Origin: an uncultured Bacteroidota bacterium
GTDB lineage: Bacteria; Bacteroidota; Bacteroidia; UBA7662
Assembly: GCA_903856555.1 (NCBI GenBank)
Contig: CAIOCC010000103.1
Span: 1 to 47,939 of the forward strand
Direction of reading: 5' to 3'
Length of the DNA: 47,939 nt
The translations under genes and the position numbers were made by a program. This document shows, piece after piece, positions 17,735 through 26,505 of this stretch. The notes beneath the pieces were generated by a model. That model did not search any database and had not been told where the DNA came from. It was given only the letters and a program-made list of their open reading frames with translations. Each line of letters starts with the position of its first letter. Positions within the stretch are counted from its first letter, which is position 1.

Positions 17735-20700
17735 ATGAAGCGATGGACGGTGGCCGGGGACCGGATCCAAGGATGGGTTCTGTTGGGACTGTTGCTGGTC
17801 GCCGCGTGGTTAATTTGGTGTTATCCGCGACTCCAGCGTAGCAGCGATGACCTGGCAGCGGATGCGGATGCCTACCTTGAACAGCGCCTCCCGGAACTGG
17901 ACAAGTTGGCACAGGCTATCCAACCCTGGGACGCGGCTCCGCCTGCAGGGTTTGAAAACATCTTGTTGGATGCCAAAGGTCAGCGTCTCTTTTGGTCGGG
18001 TCGTGGCTTAATGTCCTCGGACGATAAAATGTTGGCCTCCTTGAGAGGTCTGCATTTTGTGGAGGTCCAAAACGGTCAGGGTTTGGCCTGGGTCAAGCGG
18101 GTGGATGCCGGAGTCCAGGTTTTGTTTTACCGATTGACCTACCGGTACCCCCTGGCGTCCATCTCCCTCTTGGATGGTTTGCAATGGCCCGGGGTGGGGG
18201 GTGAACATCTCTTGGTTTGGAGACCTCAAGAGGAACGCAGCGGGCATCCCGTTCAATGGCGGGGCAGGGTTTGGTTCAAGATTGCAGGCAAGGCCGCTGC
18301 AACGGTCGATGACCCCCGGATTCAAACCTGGTTCAATGCTGGCATGTTGATATGGCTCTCACTGTGGGCCTTGTTATGGATACGGTATCGTCCCTCGTCT
18401 GGCCCTTGGTCTGCAACGATTTCCTTGTTTTCGTGGGGCGTCGGTTTGATCACCGGCCTACTCTGGCTTTACAAAGGACGATTGGGTGAATCGGAATTTT
18501 TTTCGCTGCACGAGCCCCTGAAGGGTTGGGCGTGGAGCCAAGCGGTTCTGGCCTTGGTGAGCTTGTGGGTTTTACCAATGACCGCTCGTTTTACGGTCTT
18601 TTGGAGTGGTCCTGTGCGGGTTTGGGGGTCCTATGTTTTGCTGGCCTGTTCGCTGGATGCAGGATATCGCAAAATAGGCTGGGCCGATCCTTTGGGTTGG
18701 TCTTGGGATGATACCGCTTGGTTGCTTTTGGTCCTGGGATTGGCGACGGCGCTCCTGTCTCCACCTTCTGCTCAACGTACAGGACGCGATTCCATTGCTC
18801 CGTACCGTCGTTGGCTGGTACCCGGTGCCCTTGTCATCGTAACGGCCTGGTGGATTTGGCAAGGATTGGACGAATGGTCGCTGGTTTTGGGTCTAGGGGG
18901 GCTGGCCTGGACCGTCCTTGGCTGGGCCTTGGATCGCCCTTTGGCAACCACTTGGACGCGCATCGGCTTGTACGGGATGGTTGGAGGGCTTTTATCAGTT
19001 TTGTGTTATGCTCAACATGCCAGGGTGGGTTTGGACCAGGCCAGAAGTCGAGTCGAGGCACTCGTTCAAGCCCGACCGATTGAGGCGTATACCTATTTTA
19101 TGCCTTGGATTGACGCGCTTCGTTCCGATTCATCGTTTCAGTCTCCGGCGGGGAGCTTGCCCCCTAACAGGGCGGCCTTGCAGGCCTTGTTGGATCGTCA
19201 TTCGCGGAACTTGCGACCCTTTTTTGATTTTCAATCCTTTGAATTTCATCCGGCCGAAGACAGCCTTCTTCCATCCACCGACGGGGGGACGCAATGGAAA
19301 GGCTCGGTCCAAGAAAAGCCCGAAGGAGGTCGAACCGCCTACCGGGTTCGGGTGGCTTTGGGACCAACGGGCGTTGTACCGGATACGTTGTCGGTGGGGT
19401 TGAATCAAAAATTCTTCCCAAGTTTATCCCCCATACCGGCGATTTTGGGCAGAAGTTCTGGCTTGAATGTCGGTGGCTCATCGGCCCTGGGTTTGGCTTT
19501 GTACCAAGATGGATTTTTGGTTTTTCAGGAAGGCTTGGCTCCGTACCCATACCGGGTGCCCAAGCAATGGGAGGGTTCGGTGGAAACATCCCAAGAACGT
19601 TTGGTGTTATGGAATGGGGGCAGTCCTTTGCTGGTTTACCGGAATCCATCCGGTCAATGGGCGGTGCAGGCTTTGGCTTGGCCTTCGTTGGTTTTACCGA
19701 TTTCGTTTGGAGCCTTGGTTTGGCTTTTTTTGGGTTGGGCCGAAAGATTTCGGGCCATGGGGGGAATTCGTCGATGGGGCCTAGGGAGCCCATGGAACGG
19801 GTGGGCTGAACTACGGTTTCAAACCAAAGTTCAATGGGCCTCCACCGCCCTGGTATTTGGGGTGATTGCTTTGCTGGTAGCCTTCACCACTTGGTTCATC
19901 ACGCGCCGCTTTGAGCGAGAGGCCGAAACGGCCATGTGGTCCCAAATGAATCAGTTTTATCGGGTTGCCCAGAATCTCTCCGTTCAAGATCCTGCCTTGT
20001 CCGAAGGCTCGGTTCGCGCCTTGAGAGATTGGGCGTCGGTCAATGATTTGGATTTTTATATTTACGATGAAAGAGGGCGATTCAAAGGAGGCTCGCGCAG
20101 TCTTTGGTTTGACCAAAAATTGGTTTCGGATTGGATGCCCTATGAGGTTTGGCATTCCTTGAGCCAAGGAGAAAACCAATACCGCTCGGTCAACGAGCGT
20201 TTGGATCGTTTGGATTTTCGAGGGGCCTATCAGGCATTGCGGGGTTCGGATGGAAAAGTCTTGGCTGTTTTGGGTTTGCCTTTTTTGAACCAAACTGACA
20301 AGGGGGGCTTGAGTGAGTACCTGGCCGGTGTTTTTTCGTTCTTCATTTTGGTGACCTTGCTGGCGGTATACCTGGCCTTTCGTTTGGCCAAAGGCGTTGC
20401 CGCCCCCCTTCAGACCCTCACCAAAGCCATGTTACAAACCAAATCAGGCCGAAAAAACACCATTAACGAAGACCAGGGCCGGGGGGAATTGGGGCTATTG
20501 CTCAAATCCTACAACCAAATGGTGCAGTCCTTGGCCGAGAACGAAGCCAAACTAGCCACGGCCGAGCGCAACACCGCCTGGAAAGAAATGGCTAGTCAGA
20601 TCGCCCACGATATCAAGAATCCGCTAACACCGATGAAGTTGCGTATTCAAAAGATGTTACGGGACAAGGCCCAGAACCCGGAGGTCTTCACCCAAAAGTT

Positions 20701-21277
20701 TGAAAACGACGCGAAACTCATCTTGCAACAAATTGATTTTCTGACCGAAATAGCGGATACCTACCGTGAATTCGCCAAAGAAAAGGAGGCGGACAAGGAA
20801 AGGTTTTCATGGCCAGAGGCGGTTGATGAGGTGGTGGCATGGTACGGGGAACAAATCCAGGTACATTGGACCGATCGAATTCCTGAAGGGAAGGGCGAGG
20901 TTTGGGGCAACAAAGGCCGATTGCAACGTGTGCTCCAGAATTTGTTACAAAACGCCTGCCAGGCGGTGAGCGATGGAGCAACGCCTTTTGACGGAGTCAA
21001 GGTCCGTCTGGATTTGGGGATGACCTTGGTTCATGAGCAGGTCGTTACGAGGATACGGGATTACGGGAACGGAATCGATCCGGCCCTTCAGGAGCGAATT
21101 TTTGAGGTCAGCTTTAGCACCCGATCGCAGGGGATGGGATTGGGCTTGTCCATGGCACGTCAGATTGCTGAATTGCACGGTGGTACCTTGGTATTGGTCG
21201 ATTCCAATGCATCGGGCACCTGCATGGAATTGAGGCTTCCTCTTTCGATAGAAAACTCCGAAAACAATCGTTCGTAG
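17735..21277 (+). CDS. Large multi-pass sensor histidine kinase (NtrY-like HisKA + HATPase_c core), orphan
   Basis: 1180 aa. About a dozen hydrophobic segments by eye, with three large loop regions in the first ~880 aa. A HAMP-like linker follows the last TM. H-box IAHDIKNPLTPM, N-box LLQNACQA, G-boxes DYGNGI and GMGLGLSMARQIAELHGG. No response regulator is adjacent. It starts 6 nt after the hldD stop. Confidence 0.8.
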   Translation: MKRWTVAGDRIQGWVLLGLLLVAAWLIWCYPRLQRSSDDLAADADAYLEQRLPELDKLAQAIQPWDAAPPAGFENILLDAKGQRLFWSGRGLMSSDDKMLASLRGLHFVEVQNGQGLAWVKRVDAGVQVLFYRLTYRYPLASISLLDGLQWPGVGGEHLLVWRPQEERSGHPVQWRGRVWFKIAGKAAATVDDPRIQTWFNAGMLIWLSLWALLWIRYRPSSGPWSATISLFSWGVGLITGLLWLYKGRLGESEFFSLHEPLKGWAWSQAVLALVSLWVLPMTARFTVFWSGPVRVWGSYVLLACSLDAGYRKIGWADPLGWSWDDTAWLLLVLGLATALLSPPSAQRTGRDSIAPYRRWLVPGALVIVTAWWIWQGLDEWSLVLGLGGLAWTVLGWALDRPLATTWTRIGLYGMVGGLLSVLCYAQHARVGLDQARSRVEALVQARPIEAYTYFMPWIDALRSDSSFQSPAGSLPPNRAALQALLDRHSRNLRPFFDFQSFEFHPAEDSLLPSTDGGTQWKGSVQEKPEGGRTAYRVRVALGPTGVVPDTLSVGLNQKFFPSLSPIPAILGRSSGLNVGGSSALGLALYQDGFLVFQEGLAPYPYRVPKQWEGSVETSQERLVLWNGGSPLLVYRNPSGQWAVQALAWPSLVLPISFGALVWLFLGWAERFRAMGGIRRWGLGSPWNGWAELRFQTKVQWASTALVFGVIALLVAFTTWFITRRFEREAETAMWSQMNQFYRVAQNLSVQDPALSEGSVRALRDWASVNDLDFYIYDERGRFKGGSRSLWFDQKLVSDWMPYEVWHSLSQGENQYRSVNERLDRLDFRGAYQALRGSDGKVLAVLGLPFLNQTDKGGLSEYLAGVFSFFILVTLLAVYLAFRLAKGVAAPLQTLTKAMLQTKSGRKNTINEDQGRGELGLLLKSYNQMVQSLAENEAKLATAERNTAWKEMASQIAHDIKNPLTPMKLRIQKMLRDKAQNPEVFTQKFENDAKLILQQIDFLTEIADTYREFAKEKEADKERFSWPEAVDEVVAWYGEQIQVHWTDRIPEGKGEVWGNKGRLQRVLQNLLQNACQAVSDGATPFDGVKVRLDLGMTLVHEQVVTRIRDYGNGIDPALQERIFEVSFSTRSQGMGLGLSMARQIAELHGGTLVLVDSNASGTCMELRLPLSIENSENNRS

Positions 21278-21834
21278 ACCAGCGGCAGGGGAAGGCCCAT
21301 GACATTGAGGGGGCAACCCTGGATGGATTTGACAGCCCGCAGGCCCATCCAATCCTGGATACCGTAGGCACCGGCCTTGTCCATTGGTTGGTATTCCTGG
21401 ACGTACCAATCGATTTCCTTGGGATCGAGGTGGTACCATTCGAGGCGGGTACGGGCTCCCAGGATGATTTCTTTTTGGGTGGTCCTCAGGCATACCCCGG
21501 TCATGACATTGTGTTCGTTCCCTGACAAGAGGCGTAGCATGGCGACGGCCTCCGCTGGGTCTTTGGGTTTGCCCAGGATTTGGCCTTGGCACAAAACCAA
21601 GGTATCGGCCGTCAGCAGCAATTCATGATCATCGATGGGGATGGCCCTGGCTTTTTGGAGGGCAAGATGTTCGGCCACTTGGTCCGTTTTCCAGGAGGGA
21701 TCCACCGTTTCATCCACCGGTACCACCCGCAGGTCATAGGGCAGGCCGACGCGCTGCAGTAATTCCTGTCGACGGGGGGAACCCGATCCCAATATCAATT
21801 TGTAGCGCAATTCGAGGGGGGCGGTGGGCATCAT
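21160..21834 (-). CDS. maf: Maf-like nucleoside triphosphate pyrophosphatase (septum formation protein Maf)
   Basis: The internal ATG 21834 of track ORF 21160-22077 gives MMPTAPLELRYKLILGSGSPRRQELL.... Motifs AGAYGIQD and NVMGLPL. The 3' end overlaps the convergent kinase gene by 118 nt. Confidence 0.8.
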   Translation of the reverse strand: MMPTAPLELRYKLILGSGSPRRQELLQRVGLPYDLRVVPVDETVDPSWKTDQVAEHLALQKARAIPIDDHELLLTADTLVLCQGQILGKPKDPAEAVAMLRLLSGNEHNVMTGVCLRTTQKEIILGARTRLEWYHLDPKEIDWYVQEYQPMDKAGAYGIQDWMGLRAVKSIQGCPLNVMGLPLPLVYERLFSEFSIERGSLNSMQVPDALESTNTKVPPCNSAI

Positions 21835-22784
21835 CACGGGGTCATATAAAGAAATAACATATAATAGACCCAAAGCGATCCGATACCCAGGGCCAAATAG
21901 GCTTTGAGGAGCAACGAAACCCGAGCCGCATCGTTGGAGGATTGCACTCGGTAAAGGCGGTAGGTGATCACCAACGCCAAGAGGAGTGCGATGCTCGAAT
22001 AGAGGGACTCCGCGATGGCGCCGGTCAAGACCTGGTGACGCACCACGAAGAGATTCAAAACAGGAACCGGTAGCCAAGCTCCGAAAGCCATGTTCCGGCA
22101 GCCCTTGAGGCCCATCACCACCGCAACGGTTTGAAGTCCGGCTGCGAGGTCTCCGGCCCTGTCTTGGCAGGCTTTGATGAGTTCACGACTTAGAGTGACC
22201 AAGGCCACCAGCCCCAGGTAAACCAGCCAGGTTTGGTTCAGGTATTGGGCATCGGAGGGATAGTATCGGTAGAGAATGCCCATGGCCTTGAATTCGTAGA
22301 GCCAAGGCAGGGCCACCCATAGCAGGCATAACAAAACAATCACCAGGGGTCCGGACCAACTTCGGCCTTTGAAATGCTCTGAATAGCGGAACAAGAGCAT
22401 CACGGCGGCCAGGGGAATCAAGGTTAGGTTGAGCAAGCCAGCTTCCCAAGCGGCCCAACCGCAGAGCGAGAGCCCCAGGAGGTTGAGGGTGGTGTACACC
22501 GACCAAAATACTTTTTCGGAAGGGACCTGCCTTTGTTTGAGGTTGATTCGGTCGCTTAACTGATCAAAATAATCATTGATCAGGTTGCCTGCACCGGCTA
22601 TCATGCCCGCGCCCAGGACCAAAAGGGCAAATCCCATGTCGCTTAACCCAAAGTTGAGCAAGCGGGTTTCAAGAACCGGTAACATCAAAAAATACCTGAA
22701 CGATGGCAGGGCCAACATCAGGAGAATCAGGTTGATGGGTCGCAATCCTCGTAGGACCAAGGCGATGGAGGCGAATCGGCTCAA
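21834..22784 (-). CDS. UbiA family prenyltransferase (digeranylgeranylglyceryl-phosphate-synthase-like)
   Basis: Polytopic membrane protein with a first Asp-rich motif NLINDYFDQLSDRIN (NDxxDxxxD) and a second, QDRAGD. The longest ORF starts at TTG 22784. The stop TGA shares one base with the maf ATG (TGATG). Confidence 0.7.
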   Translation of the reverse strand: MSRFASIALVLRGLRPINLILLMLALPSFRYFLMLPVLETRLLNFGLSDMGFALLVLGAGMIAGAGNLINDYFDQLSDRINLKQRQVPSEKVFWSVYTTLNLLGLSLCGWAAWEAGLLNLTLIPLAAVMLLFRYSEHFKGRSWSGPLVIVLLCLLWVALPWLYEFKAMGILYRYYPSDAQYLNQTWLVYLGLVALVTLSRELIKACQDRAGDLAAGLQTVAVVMGLKGCRNMAFGAWLPVPVLNLFVVRHQVLTGAIAESLYSSIALLLALVITYRLYRVQSSNDAARVSLLLKAYLALGIGSLWVYYMLFLYMTP

Positions 22785-22793
22785 AGGATGGAT

Positions 22794-23696
22794 TTAAGTG
22801 GGGGATTGATCGCGCAATCGCTGGATCAGGCTGCTAAACCAACGGTAGAGGGCGGTTCCTTCCGGGTCGTCTTGGAGCAAGCGCAAATGCGATTCCAAGG
22901 TTTGTTGGTCACCGCGCCAGGCGGGACCGCTTTGACGGGTCAAAGGGTCTTGGGGGTTTTGCTCAAATTCATTTAACTGTTGCGCGAGGATGGGAAATAG
23001 GTCTCGATGGGTTCCCCATTCTTGGGTCAAAAGATGCCCCCAATGCAGGAGTATATTGTTAAAATTTGCCGTCATAACCGCCGCTAAATGCAGTTTTTGA
23101 CGCTGGACTTCGGTCACATCCCGCGCTGTGGCACCGATTCGCTGGGCCCAGTGGTGCAGGGTTTGATGGAGGGATGCATCCTCGGTTTGGATGAGGATGG
23201 GTGCCCCCTTCCAAGGGGTTTCAACCGCCTTGCTGAGGTTGAGAATGGGCCAAAAAACCCCTCGGACCGGATGAACGTCCAGGTCCTCCAAAGAGCGAGT
23301 TCCGCTGCAATGAACGAGGGCATCGGTTTGATCGGTTCCAAAAAAAGAGGCCACCCCCGGTAGGGCATCGTCCGAAACCGCCAGCAAGGTTAGGCGGGTT
23401 GGGCCAGGTCTGCTTGGTTCAAGTCTGCTTGGGTCAGGGGAGGGTGGCCCCTCCTTGGGGAGGGGTTGACCGGCATGCCAAGGCACCCACGATGCCTCAA
23501 GGCGCTGGGCCAGAGCGGCACCCCGCCCGTTGGGCCGCGCGACGACCCGTTGAACCCGGATACCACTTCCATGCAGCGCAGAACCCAGGGCCCACGCGGC
23601 CTGTCCCGAACCGACCAAGGTCAGCCAGGTCTCCTGGGAGGGGCTCTGGTTAATCAGCGGTTCGCTCACGGCTGTATTGACGGTTGCGGTGGACAA
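22794..23696 (-). CDS. Rossmann-like and DUF2520 domain-containing protein
   Basis: N-terminal LTLVGSGQAAWALGSAL dinucleotide-binding motif and C-terminal QSGPAWRGDQQTLESHLRLL, typical of DUF2520. No in-frame ATG lies near the 5' end. Candidate starts are TTG 23696 (47-nt overlap with ccmF), GTG 23669 and TTG 23618. Confidence 0.6.
   Translation of the reverse strand: MSTATVNTAVSEPLINQSPSQETWLTLVGSGQAAWALGSALHGSGIRVQRVVARPNGRGAALAQRLEASWVPWHAGQPLPKEGPPSPDPSRLEPSRPGPTRLTLLAVSDDALPGVASFFGTDQTDALVHCSGTRSLEDLDVHPVRGVFWPILNLSKAVETPWKGAPILIQTEDASLHQTLHHWAQRIGATARDVTEVQRQKLHLAAVMTANFNNILLHWGHLLTQEWGTHRDLFPILAQQLNEFEQNPQDPLTRQSGPAWRGDQQTLESHLRLLQDDPEGTALYRWFSSLIQRLRDQSPT
23403..23432 (-). repeat. 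Imperfect 15-bp in-frame tandem duplication inside the DUF2520 gene
   Basis: Plus-strand units gccaggtctgcttgg / ttcaagtctgcttgg (12/15 identical). They encode PSRLE / PSRPG within a Pro-rich loop, KEGPPSPDPSRLEPSRPGPTRL. Confidence 0.5.
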
Positions 23697-26100
23697 CGCT
23701 CAGGCTGAGTCCCCCAACCAGGAGAAAACTGCCGTACCAAACCGCATTGATCCAAGGAAACCGTAACATTTTGAGCACAACATAGGCCCGCGGTGCTGGT
23801 TGCAAGGTTTGAACGGACAAGGCAACTTGGCCGGATTGCGGATCAATTTTTTGTAATTCAACCCGCATTCCGGGTTCTTGGGTCTGGTCCGGATAGCGGA
23901 ATTCAACCCCACCGCGAAGCACATAGACGGGCATCAATCGAAATTCTTCGTTGAGATTTCGTACCCGCAGCGGTGCACCAACAGCGGCTTCAGCACCTGC
24001 GGTTTCCTCCTTCCACTCATCGTCCAATCGCGTTTGGAGCCCTTCAAAAATTACCAGCGATTCTTTGAGCATCAGCGTATCCCCCCGGGCATCGAGGTAA
24101 TGCAAAACTGGCTCGGCGTAGGTCCGGGATTTTTGTTCAAAATTTTCGGGATCCGGAACCTGGGTAACGTGCATGTACAAATCGTGGTCCCAGAAATGCA
24201 TGGTAGCGGGCGATGCAATCAGCCCCATTTTGGGATTGATTTGGGCGTTGGGGTAAAGGGTCTGATGGTAGACCCACTGGCCTTGCGCGTTCTTTTTTTG
24301 GAAAAGAAGTTTGTAATATCGGTTGGGACCTGCGACCGAGTCACCGGTATAGGTCACCTGGTAACCAGCCATCGTTTTGGATTGATCTTGGTAGATTAAC
24401 ACATTTTCACGGGCCTGGGCCGGCGAGAAATTGTCACCCAAGGGGGTGCCTTCGAGGTTGAGGGAAACCACTTCCTTGCGTGAGGAAGATACCAGGACGC
24501 CCAACATCATCAAGCCGAACCCCAAATGGGCCCAGAGTCCACCCTGGGAGGCGAGTCGTTTGCGGGCCAAAAACAATTGATGAAGATTGCCCGCTATGGC
24601 GTAGCATGCGGCAAAGATGAGTAACAGATAGGACCAATACCCGATCTGCTGCGTATACCCGATCAGCAGGGTCAAAACCACGGACAAGGCGGTGATGATC
24701 ATCATCCAACGAAGCACAGGGGCCGGCTCGCTGCGTCCAAAGCGCAATCGAAAAGCGGTGGTGCCCATCAACAGGATGAGGACCGCGATGGGCAATTGCC
24801 AGCGGTTGTAGTAAGAAACCACATCGGCGGGTGGCGCCATGCTGGTTCCGGCAACGGCATTAAAAACAGGGATGGACGTGGTCAAAAGAATTTGAAAAGC
24901 AGAAACCACCAAGGTCATGCTTCCGACAAACAACCAAAACTCGCGGGAGGTACCGGACTCTTCACCGCCCTTTTCCTTGCCGGGGATTTCTTTCCAGCGC
25001 AGGGCCAGAAGGAACACCATCAAACCAAAAAACAAAAACAGAAAGGCCAACAATTGGCCCGACAAGCCCAGGTCCGTGAACGAGTGCACCGAGCTTTCGC
25101 CCAGGATGCCCGAGCGGGTCAAGAAAGTAGCGTACAGCACCAGAACAAAACCCAACATCACCATCATCAGGGTGGACTTGAGGGAATAACCGCTTTTGGA
25201 GTAAGCGTGCAGGCCGTGCAGGGCCCCCACCATCAAAAGCCAGGGCAAAAGAGAGGCATTCTCAACGGGATCCCAGGCCCAATACCCACCGAAATTCAAG
25301 GATTCGTAGGCCCAGGCGGCCCCCATAACAATCCCGCTCCCCAAGGTTAGCACCGCCACCAAGGTCCAAGCCAAGGCAGGCCCCACCCATTCCCGGTAAA
25401 GGCGACGAACCAAGGCGGTGACCGCGTACCCAAAAGGAAGGGTGCAGGCCGCAAAACCCAAAAAAAGAACCGGGGGATGGATCACCATCCACGGGTTTTG
25501 GAGCAGAGGGTTCAATCCATTCCCATCGGTAATCCATTGGAGGTAATCCGGGCGATCAAAGATGGGGGCCTGCAGGGTTTCACGGAGCAGAACAAAGGGA
25601 CTGCTACCGATTTTGAGACTGCCCAGCATCGGTATTTCGAACAGCGTGCCGAGCAACATGCTGGACAACATCAGCTGGGCCAAACACAGAACGGCCATGA
25701 CACCGGCTTCCCATCGACGACCGGTACTGGCCAAAAAAAACAAACCCAGCACCACGTGCCAGAAAATCCATAACAAAAAACTGCCCTCCTGACCCTCCCA
25801 AAACGCCGATAGGATGTAACGAACCGGCAGGGCTCTGGAGGCATGCGACCAAGCGTAATGATACTCGTATTGGTGGGTGTAAATAATTCCAAACAGGACC
25901 CCAATAACGGTGAAGACCGCGAGGCTGTGCAGGCCAAAAGCCCAGCGCCCCCAGGTTTCCCAACGCCCTCTTTCCAGCTTGTGACCGAGCAAGGCATGAC
26001 CGTAGGCCAGAACCCCTAGCAGGGCTGCGCAAAACGAAGCAATGACGGCTCCATGGCCCAGGTTGCCCGGCCACAACAATTCACCTTGGTAGGATATCAC
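23650..26100 (-). CDS. ccmF: Cytochrome c-type biogenesis protein CcmF (heme lyase, System I)
   Basis: 816 aa polytopic protein with the Trp-rich heme-handling motif FGGYWAWDPVENASLLPWL and a large C-terminal periplasmic region plus a final TM. The ORF starts at GTG 26100, and no in-frame ATG is near the N-terminus. Confidence 0.8.
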   Translation of the reverse strand: MISYQGELLWPGNLGHGAVIASFCAALLGVLAYGHALLGHKLERGRWETWGRWAFGLHSLAVFTVIGVLFGIIYTHQYEYHYAWSHASRALPVRYILSAFWEGQEGSFLLWIFWHVVLGLFFLASTGRRWEAGVMAVLCLAQLMLSSMLLGTLFEIPMLGSLKIGSSPFVLLRETLQAPIFDRPDYLQWITDGNGLNPLLQNPWMVIHPPVLFLGFAACTLPFGYAVTALVRRLYREWVGPALAWTLVAVLTLGSGIVMGAAWAYESLNFGGYWAWDPVENASLLPWLLMVGALHGLHAYSKSGYSLKSTLMMVMLGFVLVLYATFLTRSGILGESSVHSFTDLGLSGQLLAFLFLFFGLMVFLLALRWKEIPGKEKGGEESGTSREFWLFVGSMTLVVSAFQILLTTSIPVFNAVAGTSMAPPADVVSYYNRWQLPIAVLILLMGTTAFRLRFGRSEPAPVLRWMMIITALSVVLTLLIGYTQQIGYWSYLLLIFAACYAIAGNLHQLFLARKRLASQGGLWAHLGFGLMMLGVLVSSSRKEVVSLNLEGTPLGDNFSPAQARENVLIYQDQSKTMAGYQVTYTGDSVAGPNRYYKLLFQKKNAQGQWVYHQTLYPNAQINPKMGLIASPATMHFWDHDLYMHVTQVPDPENFEQKSRTYAEPVLHYLDARGDTLMLKESLVIFEGLQTRLDDEWKEETAGAEAAVGAPLRVRNLNEEFRLMPVYVLRGGVEFRYPDQTQEPGMRVELQKIDPQSGQVALSVQTLQPAPRAYVVLKMLRFPWINAVWYGSFLLVGGLSLSVVHRNRQYSRERTAD

Positions 26101-26115
26101 AGGTTTGATCGGGGT

Positions 26116-26505
26116 TTAGAGGGTGTCTTCGGTGTACTTGGAAGGGCATTTGGTGAGAATTTGATCGGCGACAAAGGTGGGCTGTCCCGCTTGCTTCTGG
26201 ATGGCACCGACCACCACCACCTGTTCGGAGCGTTCAAAATCCTGGGGCTTGGCGCCGTAGTACACCACGGTTCTGCTAAGACCCTTCTGATCTACCAAGG
26301 CAAATTGCAAAAGGTTGGCGTCTTTTTCGGCATCGTACACCAAGGGCACCGAACGGTCCAGGGTTCCGACCACGTGGTAACTGCGACCCGGTTCGGTAGC
26401 AGCCGTCTCAAAATCAACATAGGAGCTGCTTTCGCCCAGGGTGCTCACCAAAATAGCGAGCCCCGTGCCCAGCAGCAAAAGGAGGAGGATGGCGCTTCTT
26501 TTCAC
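26116..26505 (-). CDS. ccmE: Cytochrome c maturation protein CcmE, Cys-variant (CxxxY)
   Basis: 129 aa: an N-terminal membrane anchor (AILLLLLLGTGLAILV), an OB-like core, and a C-terminal ILTKCPSKY that aligns with E. coli VLAKHDENY. The ORF starts at GTG 26505. Confidence 0.75.
   Translation of the reverse strand: MKRSAILLLLLLGTGLAILVSTLGESSSYVDFETAATEPGRSYHVVGTLDRSVPLVYDAEKDANLLQFALVDQKGLSRTVVYYGAKPQDFERSEQVVVVGAIQKQAGQPTFVADQILTKCPSKYTEDTL

Noticed and set aside
16730-17770. 346-aa ORF on the minus strand covering the whole hldD gene
   Set aside because: It is antisense to a confidently identified hldD. Its translation is Pro/Arg/Gly-rich with no recognisable motif, which is typical of a shadow ORF in GC-rich DNA.
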